From: Escherichia coli
GTDB lineage: Bacteria; Pseudomonadota; Gammaproteobacteria; Enterobacterales; Enterobacteriaceae
Strand: one strand, 5' to 3'
Assembly (NCBI RefSeq): GCF_048403405.1
Contig: NZ_CP183129.1
Length of the DNA stretch: 64,000 nucleotides
Shown here: positions 45,724-55,676 of the stretch, in pieces
Layout of the letters: the number at the start of each line of letters is the position of its first letter
How positions within the stretch are numbered: position 1 is the stretch's first letter
Translations under genes and position numbers: made by a program
The notes under the pieces: generated by a model
Seen by the model: the letters and a program-made list of their open reading frames with translations, nothing else
Told to the model about the DNA's origin: nothing
The model's database searches: none

Positions 45724-46920
45724 TTAAGGTGCTACAGCGTGTTTGCCTTCCCAGACAACTTCGCGGTAGTGCTTCACGTCGGTGTCGCCTTCAGTGCTGA
45801 TAACCAGCACCACGGCATCTTTGTTCAGCGCCAGTTTTTCCATCAGGCTTTGACGTTGTGGGTGATAATGAACCGCTGCGAGAACGCCCAAACCGACAGC
45901 GCCGGATTCGCCGGAGATGATGCGCGGGTCGTTGCCGTACGGATTACCCAGCACGCGCATACCTAATGCGGCAACGCTGTCCTGGCAGGAGATGAATTGG
46001 GTGGCGCAGTTACGTAGGATTTCCCAGCCCAGCGGGTTAGGTTCGCCACAGGCCAGGCCTGCCATGATGGTGGCCATATCACCGCCAACGTTGACGATGT
46101 CGCCTTTGACGCCAGAGCGATAAATACAGTCAGCTTTGTCAGGTTCAACAATAATGCTGTGCAGATTTTGCGGGCTGTAGACGTCGACCAGATAACCCAG
46201 CACACCACCAGCCATTGCACCGACACCGGCTTGCAGCAGAACGTGCGTCGGGGTTACGCCCATTTCACGCATTTGCTCGACGGCTTCATCTGCCAGTGTT
46301 GCGTAGCCTTGCATGATCCAGGTTGGGATTTTGGTGTAACCTTCCCAGGCGGTATCTTGCACCACTTCCCAGCCGTGCTGCTGCGCGTGTTGCATGGTCA
46401 GGCGAACGGTATCGTCATAGTTCATATCCGTGACGATGCACTCGGCACCGAGGTTCAGAATGGCGTCAACGCGTTCCTGAGCAGAACCTTTCGGCATGTA
46501 AATCACCGCATTCTGTCCGAGTTGCTGTGCTGCCCACGCCACACCGCGCCCGTGGTTGCCGTCGGTGGTGGTCGCGAAGGTCATTTTTTCGCCGATGGCA
46601 TTTTTCAGATGCTCAAATGACAGCGTTTCGATATCAAGATGATATTTTTCACACAATAATTGAGCGATGGCGTACGCACCGCCGAGCATTTTGAAGGCGT
46701 TCAGACCGAATCGTTTTGATTCGTCTTTGACGAGAATTTTCTTCACACCAAAAAGGTTTGCGAGATCGTCCAGCGCACAAAGCGGTGTTGGGCGATAACC
46801 AGCAATTTTCTGATGGAACTGGCGCGCCAGTTTGGCCTGGCTTTGCGAAAAGAGCGGTGATGTTTCGCCGTTGAAAAATTTGTTATCGGCGATATCAATC
46901 TTCAATGAGAAAACGGACAT
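45724..46920 (-). CDS. dpaL: Diaminopropionate ammonia-lyase (PLP-dependent, fold type II)
   Basis: 398 aa; also known as ygeX. Confidence 0.88.
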   Translation of the reverse strand: MSVFSLKIDIADNKFFNGETSPLFSQSQAKLARQFHQKIAGYRPTPLCALDDLANLFGVKKILVKDESKRFGLNAFKMLGGAYAIAQLLCEKYHLDIETLSFEHLKNAIGEKMTFATTTDGNHGRGVAWAAQQLGQNAVIYMPKGSAQERVDAILNLGAECIVTDMNYDDTVRLTMQHAQQHGWEVVQDTAWEGYTKIPTWIMQGYATLADEAVEQMREMGVTPTHVLLQAGVGAMAGGVLGYLVDVYSPQNLHSIIVEPDKADCIYRSGVKGDIVNVGGDMATIMAGLACGEPNPLGWEILRNCATQFISCQDSVAALGMRVLGNPYGNDPRIISGESGAVGLGVLAAVHYHPQRQSLMEKLALNKDAVVLVISTEGDTDVKHYREVVWEGKHAVAP

Positions 46921-46977
46921 ATCCTATCCTTTTGGCCTCTGGAAATAGAGGGCCGACCAGCTGATCGGCCCGAGGGG

Positions 46978-48168
46978 TTATTTCACGCGTTCTTGCGCTT
47001 CTTTCAGCAGTTGCTCGAGCAGTGCACCTGGTTTGGCGTATTTACGGGACAGGATCATCGCGGCGATGATATAAGGCTTCCAGCTGGCTTCTTTGTAGGT
47101 CGCGATACGGTATTTTTCGAATACGCCTTCAGTCACTTCACCTTCTTTGCAGGATACGCCGCTGATATCAGCTGGCAGGCAGTGCATGTACAGGGCTTCG
47201 CCATCACGGGTCAGTTCCATCATCTCTTCAGTACAATGCCAGTCTTTGTGTTGCGCGTTCTGTGCCAGACACTGTTTTTCCAGTGCTTTTAAGCCTTCGT
47301 GATCGTTCGCACGCAGCAATTCAGTACGCTCTTCCATCACTTTGTAAGGTGCCCATGACTTCGGATAAACGATGTCTGCGTCTTTGAAGGCTTCTTCCAT
47401 GCTGGTGACCTGACGGAAGCTACCGCCGGAGGCTTTAGCATTGTTTTTAGCGACTTCAACGACATCCGGGATCAGGTCGTAGCCTTCCGGATGGGCCAGG
47501 GTGACATCCATACCGAAGCGAGTCATCAGACCGATGATGCCTTGTGGTACAGATAGCGGTTTGCCATAGCTTGGGGAGTAGGCCCAGGTCATGGCGATTT
47601 TTTTACCTTTCAGGTTTTCCAGTGAACCAAAGTGTTCACGTAACCATGCCAGGTCAGCCATTGACTGAGTCGGGTGGTCAATATCGCATTGCAGGTTCAC
47701 TAAAGCCGGACGTTGCGGCAGCACACCCTGCTTGTAACCGTCATCAAGTGCAGCGCCAACTTCACGCATATAGGCGTTGCCTGCGCCCAGATACATATCG
47801 TCGCGAATACCAATAGCGTCGGCGCAGAAGGAGATCATATTGGCGGTTTCACGCACGGTTTCGCCGTGAGCGATTTGTGATTTGCCTTCATCGAGATCTT
47901 GCTGTGCAAGGCCGAGCAGGTTAAGCGCGGAAGCATAAGAGAAGCGGGTACGAGTGGAGTTGTCGCGGAATACGGAAATACCTAATCCACTATTAAAGAC
48001 TTTGGTTGAGATGTTTTCAGCACGCAGTGCTTTTAATGCTGCGGCAACGTCCAGTACTTGTTTCAGTTCATCTGGCGTCTGTTCCCACGTTAACAAAAAA
48101 TCTTTCTCGTGAAGGTGAGAGGTCAGCGAATTGATATCCTTAATCAGCTCATTAACAGTTTTCATCAT
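46978..48168 (-). CDS. ygeW: Carbamoyltransferase YgeW (aspartate/ornithine carbamoyltransferase family)
   Basis: 396 aa with STRTR and HCLP signature motifs (DNSTRTRFSYASA; YMHCLPADISG). Confidence 0.88.
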   Translation of the reverse strand: MMKTVNELIKDINSLTSHLHEKDFLLTWEQTPDELKQVLDVAAALKALRAENISTKVFNSGLGISVFRDNSTRTRFSYASALNLLGLAQQDLDEGKSQIAHGETVRETANMISFCADAIGIRDDMYLGAGNAYMREVGAALDDGYKQGVLPQRPALVNLQCDIDHPTQSMADLAWLREHFGSLENLKGKKIAMTWAYSPSYGKPLSVPQGIIGLMTRFGMDVTLAHPEGYDLIPDVVEVAKNNAKASGGSFRQVTSMEEAFKDADIVYPKSWAPYKVMEERTELLRANDHEGLKALEKQCLAQNAQHKDWHCTEEMMELTRDGEALYMHCLPADISGVSCKEGEVTEGVFEKYRIATYKEASWKPYIIAAMILSRKYAKPGALLEQLLKEAQERVK

Positions 48169-48257
48169 AAAGTCCCGGTAGTGGAATGACAGGCAAAGTG
48201 GTTTATTTCACTGTGACTTGCCAAAGTGATTGGTGTTTTCACAGCTATACCTGGGAC

Positions 48258-48276
48258 TAACAATAAGTGTGCCAGA
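48258..48276 (-). promoter_or_regulatory. Candidate sigma54 (-24/-12) promoter reading toward ygeW
   Basis: Minus strand reads CTGGCACACTTATTGTT: the -24 TGGCAC element and the correct spacing to a -12 TTGT (consensus TTGC), about 90 nt upstream of the ygeW start and next to the divergent sigma54 activator gene ygeV. One mismatch in the -12 GC. Confidence 0.4.
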
Positions 48277-48643
48277 ATTATCCACGGGGCTGCAAAAGAC
48301 TAATTTGACGGATAATGTGTGGGGTTGATCACAAATTGATGCCAGCTTCCGGTTGTTTGTAAAATACGAAAACGATTGGCTTTTCTTATCGCGTTATTTA
48401 TTTACTGCTAAGTATCAGAAATAAGATAAAGGGACAGGCTATCTCTCTTCAGTTTGATAAACTCACCGCCGTAATTCTCATATTGATATAGAAATGTGAT
48501 ATCTCTTCCATAATTTCATTAGAAAGTGATAAAAATCTTATGTTTTTATCAAAGCCAATTTCGCCTGAGTTAATATCATCATGATCTGTGAACCATCAAC
48601 GTCTTCAATGATCGACTTTTAAGTAAGTCTGGAAGGTAAAGCT

Positions 48644-50422
48644 ATGGAGCTTGCTACTACGCAGTCAGTATTGATGCAAATTCAACCGACAATTCAGCGT
48701 TTTGCCAGAATGCTTGCCAGCGTTTTGCAGCTTGAGGTTGAGATCGTTGATGAAAACTTGTGTCGCGTCGCCGGAACGGGCGCGTATGGGAAGTTTCTTG
48801 GTCGCCAGTTGAGCGGCAACTCACGCCTGCTCCGCCACGTCCTGGAAACGAAAACTGAAAAAGTTGTGACACAGTCTCGCTTCGATCCCCTTTGTGAAGG
48901 TTGCGATAGTAAAGAAAATTGCCGCGAAAAAGCATTTCTGGGTACGCCTGTCATTTTACAGGATCGTTGTGTTGGGGTGATAAGTTTGATTGCCGTTACC
49001 CACGAGCAACAAGAGCATATCAGTGATAATTTACGCGAATTTTCTGATTATGTTCGCCATATATCCACCATTTTTGTTTCGAAACTTCTGGAGGATCAGG
49101 GGCCAGGAGATAACATCAGTAAAATATTCGCGACCATGATCGATAATATGGATCAGGGCGTATTAGTTGTTGATGATGAAAGTCGGGTTCAGTTTGTTAA
49201 TCAGACTGCCTTAAAAACACTTGGTGTTGTACAAAATAATATTATTGGGAAACCTATCCGTTTCAGACCATTAACATTTGAGAGTAATTTTACCCATGGA
49301 CATATGCAGCATATTGTTTCGTGGGACGATAAAAGTGAATTAATCATTGGTCAATTGCATAACATTCAGGGCCGACAATTATTTTTAATGGCGTTTCACC
49401 AATCGCATACCAGTTTTTCTGTAGCAAATGCACCTGATGAACCGCATATTGAACAATTGGTTGGCGAGTGCCGTGTTATGCGGCAATTAAAACGACTCAT
49501 TAGCCGTATTGCACCCAGCCCATCCAGCGTTATGGTGGTTGGTGAAAGCGGCACGGGTAAAGAAGTTGTCGCCCGTGCAATCCATAAGTTGAGCGGAAGA
49601 CGGAATAAACCCTTTATTGCTATCAACTGTGCCGCGATTCCGGAGCAGCTTCTGGAGAGCGAACTGTTCGGTTATGTTAAAGGCGCATTTACTGGCGCTT
49701 CTGCCAACGGTAAAACAGGGTTGATTCAGGCGGCGAATACGGGCACGCTGTTTCTCGATGAAATAGGTGATATGCCATTAATGTTGCAGGCTAAATTACT
49801 GCGCGCTATTGAGGCACGTGAAATTCTGCCGATTGGTGCCAGTAGCCCAATACAAGTCGACATTCGCATCATTTCTGCAACTAACCAGAATTTGGCCCAG
49901 TTCATTGCCGAAGGTAAATTCCGCGAAGATCTCTTCTACCGACTTAATGTTATCCCGATAACTCTGCCACCGCTGCGTGAACGTCAGGAAGATATTGAAC
50001 TACTGGTGCATTACTTTTTACATCTGCATACCCGTCGTCTGGGATCGGTTTATCCGGGCATTGCTCCCGATGTCGTCGAAATATTGCGTAAGCATCGTTG
50101 GCCCGGAAACCTGCGCGAGTTAAGCAATTTGATGGAATATCTGGTTAACGTGGTTCCTTCAGGTGAAGTTATCGACAGCACGCTATTGCCGCCAAATCTG
50201 CTGAATAATGGCACAACGGAGCAAAGTGATGTAACAGAGGTCAACGAGGCGCACCTGGCACTCGATGATGCGGGCGGCACGGCGCTGGAGGAGATGGAAA
50301 AGCAAATGATCCGCGAGGCGCTTTCACGTCATAACAGCAAGAAGCAAGTTGCTGATGAACTGGGCATCGGCATTGCTACGCTCTACCGCAAGATTAAAAA
50401 ATATGAGTTGTTAAACACATAA
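48644..50422 (+). CDS. ygeV: Sigma54-dependent transcriptional activator (NtrC/bEBP family) with N-terminal sensory domains
   Basis: 592 aa; AAA+ Walker A (VVGESGTGKEVVARAIH), the GAFTGA sigma54-contact motif and a C-terminal HTH. Confidence 0.9.
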   Translation: MELATTQSVLMQIQPTIQRFARMLASVLQLEVEIVDENLCRVAGTGAYGKFLGRQLSGNSRLLRHVLETKTEKVVTQSRFDPLCEGCDSKENCREKAFLGTPVILQDRCVGVISLIAVTHEQQEHISDNLREFSDYVRHISTIFVSKLLEDQGPGDNISKIFATMIDNMDQGVLVVDDESRVQFVNQTALKTLGVVQNNIIGKPIRFRPLTFESNFTHGHMQHIVSWDDKSELIIGQLHNIQGRQLFLMAFHQSHTSFSVANAPDEPHIEQLVGECRVMRQLKRLISRIAPSPSSVMVVGESGTGKEVVARAIHKLSGRRNKPFIAINCAAIPEQLLESELFGYVKGAFTGASANGKTGLIQAANTGTLFLDEIGDMPLMLQAKLLRAIEAREILPIGASSPIQVDIRIISATNQNLAQFIAEGKFREDLFYRLNVIPITLPPLRERQEDIELLVHYFLHLHTRRLGSVYPGIAPDVVEILRKHRWPGNLRELSNLMEYLVNVVPSGEVIDSTLLPPNLLNNGTTEQSDVTEVNEAHLALDDAGGTALEEMEKQMIREALSRHNSKKQVADELGIGIATLYRKIKKYELLNT

Positions 50423-50432
50423 CCTCAGTGAA

Positions 50433-50462
50433 TCCGGCCTGAATTCAGGCCGGATATCCTTT
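50433..50462. terminator. Bidirectional terminator between the convergent ygeV and xdhC genes
   Basis: Perfect 22-bp palindrome TCCGGCCTGAATTCAGGCCGGA followed by a T-rich tract. Confidence 0.7.
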
Positions 50463-50941
50463 TACTTCGTTTTCTCGCAATCCAGAACTGTATTTACAAT
50501 CATCTGATACCCCGTGCAGCGACAAAGATTTCCCGCCAGTCCGCGACGAATTTCCGTAATGGTTAATGGCTTCTCGCGTGGTTTCGCCAGCATTGCTGTG
50601 GTAGCCATAATCAGGCCAGGCGTACAAAACCCGCACTGCACTGCGCCGGATTTAGCATAAGCCTGCTGTACATGAGAAAGTTTTCCGCCTTTCGCTTCAC
50701 CTTCCAGCGTGCGGATCTCTTTTCCTTCAGCCCAGGCGGCAAGGTATAAGCAACTGTCTATTGCTGTGCTGTCGACCAGCACCGTACAGGCACCACATTC
50801 ACCCACGCAGCACCCTTGTTTGACACTTAGCAGTCCTTGTTCGCGGAGTAATTCCGAGAGCGGCGTGCCTGGTGCGGCGTGAAGCTGAAAAGGCATCCCG
50901 TTAATGGTGCATTCGATGGTGATTGTTTCGCTGTGATTCAT
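50462..50941 (-). CDS. xdhC: Xanthine dehydrogenase Fe-S subunit (2x[2Fe-2S])
   Basis: 159 aa with the [15 protein letters not shown] motif. Confidence 0.9.
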   Translation of the reverse strand: MNHSETITIECTINGMPFQLHAAPGTPLSELLREQGLLSVKQGCCVGECGACTVLVDSTAIDSCLYLAAWAEGKEIRTLEGEAKGGKLSHVQQAYAKSGAVQCGFCTPGLIMATTAMLAKPREKPLTITEIRRGLAGNLCRCTGYQMIVNTVLDCEKTK

Positions 50942-51816
50942 TGCAATTTTCCCCCCGCCGCGGCGACGGCTTCGCTAATCACTTTTTTGGTCATCGTCTG
51001 GATGAGATGCAGACGAAACTCTTTACTGGCCCGCCATGAAGAACGCGGGGCGACATCTTGCAGGACAGATTCGCTGATGGCTTCCAGCGTTTGCAGGTTT
51101 AATGGCGCATTTTGTGCAGTCTGTTCGGCATGTTGGCAGCGAATCGGCGTTGGCGCGGCAACACCAAATGCCAGACGTAATTCGCTGAAATTGCCGTTAT
51201 CCAGTCGGCAATGTGCGGCGCAGCCAATCGTTGAAATATCCATTGCGTCGCGCATGGCATATTTAAAATGCGCGCTGCCCGCGTGTTCTTTCGGCTGGGG
51301 CGGAAAATGAAAGGAAACAAGGATTTCGTCATGCTCAAGAGACACTTTGCCCGGTCCAGTGTGAAAGCCATTAATCGGGACGAAACGAACACTGCGTGGG
51401 GAGTGGATCTCCAGTTTCGCGTCATAAATGAGCGTTGGCGTGGCAGAATCTGCGCTGGTGGCACCGTTGCAAATATTTCCACCGTAGGTAGCGACGTTAC
51501 GGATCTGCGGTCCAGCAATGGACGAGGCCGCAGCACATAACGCCGGGAGAAGACGTTGAGTTATAGGATCTTCTATTAGCTGGGTAAATGTCGTTGCAGA
51601 GCCGATACGTAGTGAGCCATCTTCCGCCAGCGTAATTCCCTGCAGCTCCGCCAGATTATGAATATCAACAATATGGCGATAACGGTCATTGTGATGGTGG
51701 AGCTGAATCAGTACGTCAGTGCCACCGGCGAGCAGTTTGGCCTGCGGGTTGTCAGCCAGCAGGTTGATGGCATCGGCAAGGGTTGCTGCGCGATGGTAAG
51801 AAGCAAAATCAAACAT
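50938..51816 (-). CDS. xdhB: Xanthine dehydrogenase FAD-binding subunit
   Basis: 292 aa; overlaps xdhC by 4 nt. Confidence 0.9.
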   Translation of the reverse strand: MFDFASYHRAATLADAINLLADNPQAKLLAGGTDVLIQLHHHNDRYRHIVDIHNLAELQGITLAEDGSLRIGSATTFTQLIEDPITQRLLPALCAAASSIAGPQIRNVATYGGNICNGATSADSATPTLIYDAKLEIHSPRSVRFVPINGFHTGPGKVSLEHDEILVSFHFPPQPKEHAGSAHFKYAMRDAMDISTIGCAAHCRLDNGNFSELRLAFGVAAPTPIRCQHAEQTAQNAPLNLQTLEAISESVLQDVAPRSSWRASKEFRLHLIQTMTKKVISEAVAAAGGKLQ

Positions 51817-51826
51817 GATGTTATCC

Positions 51827-54085
51827 TCAAATCAATCCTGCCAGATGGAACTCTTCATATAACCGTTTTGGCGTCAGCGGCAGTGTATTGATTGCAACAC
51901 CGGTAGCCATCTTCACCGCGTTACGAATAGCAGCGGCAACAGGAATTATTGGTGGCTCACCCAGTGACTTATGTCCGTATGCGGATTGCGGCTCATTGAT
52001 TTCGACGAACGCGCTTTCCAGTTGTGGCAGATCCGGCATGGTCGGCATTTTGTAATCCAGCAGATTGGGGTTACGGACCACGCCGCTTTTCGCATCGATG
52101 ATCATCTCTTCAAATAGCGCCCAGCCAATGCCCATTCCCATTCCGCCGTGTACCTGACCTTCTGCCAGCAGCGGATTTAGAATATGCCCCGAATCATGAA
52201 CGTTGAGGATGCGGTTGATGGTGACTTTACACAGCGCAATATCGACCGTCAGATCAACAAAGGTACAGCCAAACGCCGGTGGGTTAGTGGTGGTTTTGAT
52301 GGAGCTTTCAGCAGAGAGCTGCCCGCCGCGTTCAGGGTGGTAGAAGGCGTCCATCGCCAAATCTTTTAACGACATTAACGGCTCTTCCGGTCGTTCAACC
52401 AGCACGATATGGCCTTTTATCAAGGTAAGATTCATCGCTGACTGATGTAGCATGACAGCGGCGTGAGCGATGATTTTCTCCTTTAATAACAGTGCCGCAC
52501 TGCGCAGCGCGGGCGCGGCAACATAGCTCTGGCGCGAGGCAAATGCACCGGGATCGAACGGCGTAACGTCGGTATCTTGTGTTGAAATAACGCGAACGTC
52601 GCTGACCGGAACCCCCACGGTTTCTGCCACCATTTGCGAGAAGACAGTGTCGGCACCCTGACCGATTTCTGTCGCGCCGCTTTGCACGTTGATGGTTCCA
52701 TCCTGATTCATCAACAGGCGCGCGCCTGCTATTTCTACGCCGACAGGCCAGGTGTTAGAGGTGTAGCTAAAACAGGCGACGCCAACGCCGCGGCGTAAAT
52801 TGCTTTGCTGGTTCTGGCATTCTGAACGGCGTTTTTCCCATTCAAAGATTTTCCGGCCTTTTTCAAGACACTCCGGCAACCCTGCGCTGTAAATACGTTT
52901 GCCCGAGAGCGGATTAGCATCTCCTTCGCGGGCGGCGTTGCGTAAACGAATTTCAACAGGATCAATACCTAACGCTGTCGCGGCGTCATCAAGCATAGAC
53001 TCAACGGCAAATACGACTTGTGGCGCGCCATAACCACGCATCGCACCAGCCGAGGGGAGGTTGGTATAGCAGGTCTTTGAACTGTAAGCGTAGGCACAAC
53101 GAGGATAAAGGTAAGCGACTTTATTCCCCCCTGCAGAAGCGATGGAGTGCCCGTGAGATGCATAAGCGCCGGTGTTAGACAGAACATCCAGACTATAACC
53201 TTTCAATGTTCCGTCGCGGTTCACGCCCATTTGCCCGTCAATAGTAAAAGCGTGGCGGGTACGGGTTGCGAGGAAACACTCTTCACGGCTAAGGGAAACT
53301 TTCACCGGAATGCCGCCAAGCTTGCTGGTCAGGAATGCCGCCATTGGCTCTTCCAGTACATCCTGTTTATTACCAAAACCGCCACCGACAAACGGTTTGA
53401 TGACTCGTACGCATGACCAGGGAATATTCAGCGCCTGACCAACCACACGGCGAACAATGTGCGGGATCTGGGTGCTGGAAACGATGGTAATTCGCGAGTC
53501 ATCCTCCATCCATGCCAGCGATGTCACGCTTTCCATGTGACAATGTTGAATGACCGGCGTCTGATAGTGCCCCTGCACCTGGTAATCGGCGGCATCGATT
53601 GTTTGTTGGACATTACCCGTCGACATCGAGCTTTGTTTTAGTAAATTGCCGCCGTTATGGATTGGTGCAGCGTCATCTGCCAGCGCCGCTTCTGGCGTGG
53701 TGATAACGGGTAATTCTTGCCACTCAATGCTGACCAATTGCGCCGCTTTTTCTGCCGTGATTTCATCACGGGCCACGACGATGGCAACGGCGTCACCATG
53801 ATGACGAACATGGCGAGTTAGCAGTGCGCGATCGGCGGTATCGCGCTTGTTTTCGTCAAGTGTCCAGGCATGCCCAGCTGTAGCGAATGGGATATCAGGT
53901 ACATCTTCCCAGGTAAAAATTGCCAGTACGCCTGGTAAACTTCTGGCTTGTTCATCATTAATACTTACGGCATAACCATGTGCGATAGGGCTACGTACAT
54001 ATTTCGCGTAACACATGCCCGCCATAACATAATCGTCAGTATATCGTGCCCGCCCGGTGACCTTAGCAATGGCATCGACGCGCAT
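51827..54085 (-). CDS. xdhA: Xanthine dehydrogenase molybdenum-binding subunit
   Basis: Track ORF 51827..54124 trimmed to MRVDAIAKVTGRARYTDDY..., giving 752 aa. Confidence 0.9.
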   Translation of the reverse strand: MRVDAIAKVTGRARYTDDYVMAGMCYAKYVRSPIAHGYAVSINDEQARSLPGVLAIFTWEDVPDIPFATAGHAWTLDENKRDTADRALLTRHVRHHGDAVAIVVARDEITAEKAAQLVSIEWQELPVITTPEAALADDAAPIHNGGNLLKQSSMSTGNVQQTIDAADYQVQGHYQTPVIQHCHMESVTSLAWMEDDSRITIVSSTQIPHIVRRVVGQALNIPWSCVRVIKPFVGGGFGNKQDVLEEPMAAFLTSKLGGIPVKVSLSREECFLATRTRHAFTIDGQMGVNRDGTLKGYSLDVLSNTGAYASHGHSIASAGGNKVAYLYPRCAYAYSSKTCYTNLPSAGAMRGYGAPQVVFAVESMLDDAATALGIDPVEIRLRNAAREGDANPLSGKRIYSAGLPECLEKGRKIFEWEKRRSECQNQQSNLRRGVGVACFSYTSNTWPVGVEIAGARLLMNQDGTINVQSGATEIGQGADTVFSQMVAETVGVPVSDVRVISTQDTDVTPFDPGAFASRQSYVAAPALRSAALLLKEKIIAHAAVMLHQSAMNLTLIKGHIVLVERPEEPLMSLKDLAMDAFYHPERGGQLSAESSIKTTTNPPAFGCTFVDLTVDIALCKVTINRILNVHDSGHILNPLLAEGQVHGGMGMGIGWALFEEMIIDAKSGVVRNPNLLDYKMPTMPDLPQLESAFVEINEPQSAYGHKSLGEPPIIPVAAAIRNAVKMATGVAINTLPLTPKRLYEEFHLAGLI

Positions 54086-54539
54086 GCAAGATTCACCCGT
54101 AGCGGTTGCTTCCCGCGCTTCCATAGAAATCCCCTCGATTTGAACATTTGGTTCTTATGGCAAAGATTTAGTCTAAGCAGGCAAGATTTACGCCAGAAAC
54201 GACGATAAGCGTTAGGGGAGGAAGGAAGTGTGATGACGTTAAAAAAACACAGATATGATACGAAACAGGACTCTGAATAGGGGCAGTGATACGTATCAAT
54301 ATGAGTGGCGATAAAATCAATGTGATAAATCAGGATTATTACGCATCAGGATGGGAAATAGGGTAAAAAAGTCAGGAAATTCGATACCTCTGCAGCGAAT
54401 ATTTTGCTGATGATACTTCCCTTTGCCAAATGAAATTAACCTCTTTCTCTATTACCGCGTTTTTCCAGAAGCAAGAGATTGGGTATCCAGAGGCTGGCTG
54501 CTATGATATGGCGTCTTGTTTTTTAAGCGAGGAAAGATT

Positions 54540-55292
54540 TTGAGTGCGGGACGCCTGAATAAAAAATCTCTGGGTATCGTGATGTTGTTATCGGTTGGAC
54601 TGCTTTTGGCGGGCTGCTCGGGTAGCAAATCATCCGATACAGGAACGTATTCCGGCTCCGTTTACACCGTGAAACGGGGGGATACGCTATATCGTATTTC
54701 GCGCACCACGGGAACCAGCGTAAAAGAGCTGGCGCGACTGAACGGCATTTCCCCCCCTTACACCATTGAAGTTGGTCAGAAACTAAAACTGGGTGGGGCG
54801 AAAAGTAGCAGTACACGTAAATCAACCGCCAAATCAACGACCAAAACCGCATCGGTTACACCGTCATCAGCAGTACCGAAATCTTCCTGGCCGCCAGTAG
54901 GGCAACGTTGTTGGTTATGGCCAACGACAGGGAAAGTTATCATGCCGTATTCGACAGCTGATGGCGGCAATAAAGGGATTGATATCTCAGCTCCACGGGG
55001 TACACCTATTTACGCCGCGGGTGCAGGAAAGGTGGTGTATGTGGGCAACCAGCTGCGTGGCTACGGTAATCTCATCATGATTAAACACAGTGAAGATTAC
55101 ATTACGGCTTACGCCCATAATGACACGATGCTGGTAAATAATGGGCAAAGCGTGAAGGCTGGGCAAAAAATCGCCACTATGGGGAGCACTGATGCGGCAT
55201 CGGTTCGCCTGCATTTCCAGATTCGTTACCGTGCTACGGCAATTGATCCGCTGCGTTACTTGCCGCCTCAGGGCAGCAAGCCAAAATGCTGA
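54540..55292 (+). CDS. ygeR: LysM-domain / M23-peptidase-family lipoprotein
   Basis: Likely TTG start after a GAGGAAAG SD (MSAGRLNKKSLGIVMLLSVGLLLAGCSG, lipobox LLAGC); LysM segment (YTVKRGDTLYRISRTTG) and an M23 C-terminal domain. The exact start is uncertain. Confidence 0.82.
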   Translation: MSAGRLNKKSLGIVMLLSVGLLLAGCSGSKSSDTGTYSGSVYTVKRGDTLYRISRTTGTSVKELARLNGISPPYTIEVGQKLKLGGAKSSSTRKSTAKSTTKTASVTPSSAVPKSSWPPVGQRCWLWPTTGKVIMPYSTADGGNKGIDISAPRGTPIYAAGAGKVVYVGNQLRGYGNLIMIKHSEDYITAYAHNDTMLVNNGQSVKAGQKIATMGSTDAASVRLHFQIRYRATAIDPLRYLPPQGSKPKC

Positions 55293-55370
55293 TGGCGGAT
55301 TAATCAGCAGTCAGCAGCGCGGCACTTGCTAAGGAGAGCGTAAGGTTTATAATGCCTTACGCATCTCGAA

Positions 55371-55444
55371 GCGGGCGTAGTTCAATGGTAGAACGAGAGC
55401 TTCCCAAGCTCTATACGAGGGTTCGATTCCCTTCGCCCGCTCCA
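55371..55444 (+). tRNA. glyU: tRNA-Gly (anticodon CCC)
   Basis: GCGGGCGTAGTTCAATGGTAGAACGAGAGCTTCCCAAGCTCTATACGAGGGTTCGATTCCCTTCGCCCGCTCCA: cloverleaf with anticodon loop CTTCCCAAG, T-arm GGTTCGATTCC and a CCA end. Confidence 0.95.
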
Positions 55445-55676
55445 ATTTATCTTCACCTCATCAACCTGCCATTTTTGTTGTATCTGATTTTCTATATTAT
55501 CTTAATTCAATCGCTTCAGACTTTTCGCAATCGCCGTAATACTTCCCCATTTTTTTGTAAATAAAAGCGTTTACGCAATGCAATCCATTTGTAACAACCC
55601 AGGTAAAATACCTTATTTTCAAGTTGTTAAATAAGTGGTTATCTACGCTTTTAACAAACGATTGATGGAATCTTTT

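Noticed and set aside
54086-54515. Sigma54 promoter or sRNA in the xdhA/ygeR divergent region.
   Set aside because: TTGGCA motifs occur but without a properly spaced -12 element, and no terminator-bounded small RNA structure was evident.
55352-55564. 70-aa ORF in the track overlapping tRNA-Gly.
   Set aside because: It reads through the tRNA gene and into AT-rich spacer; the tRNA cloverleaf is unambiguous.
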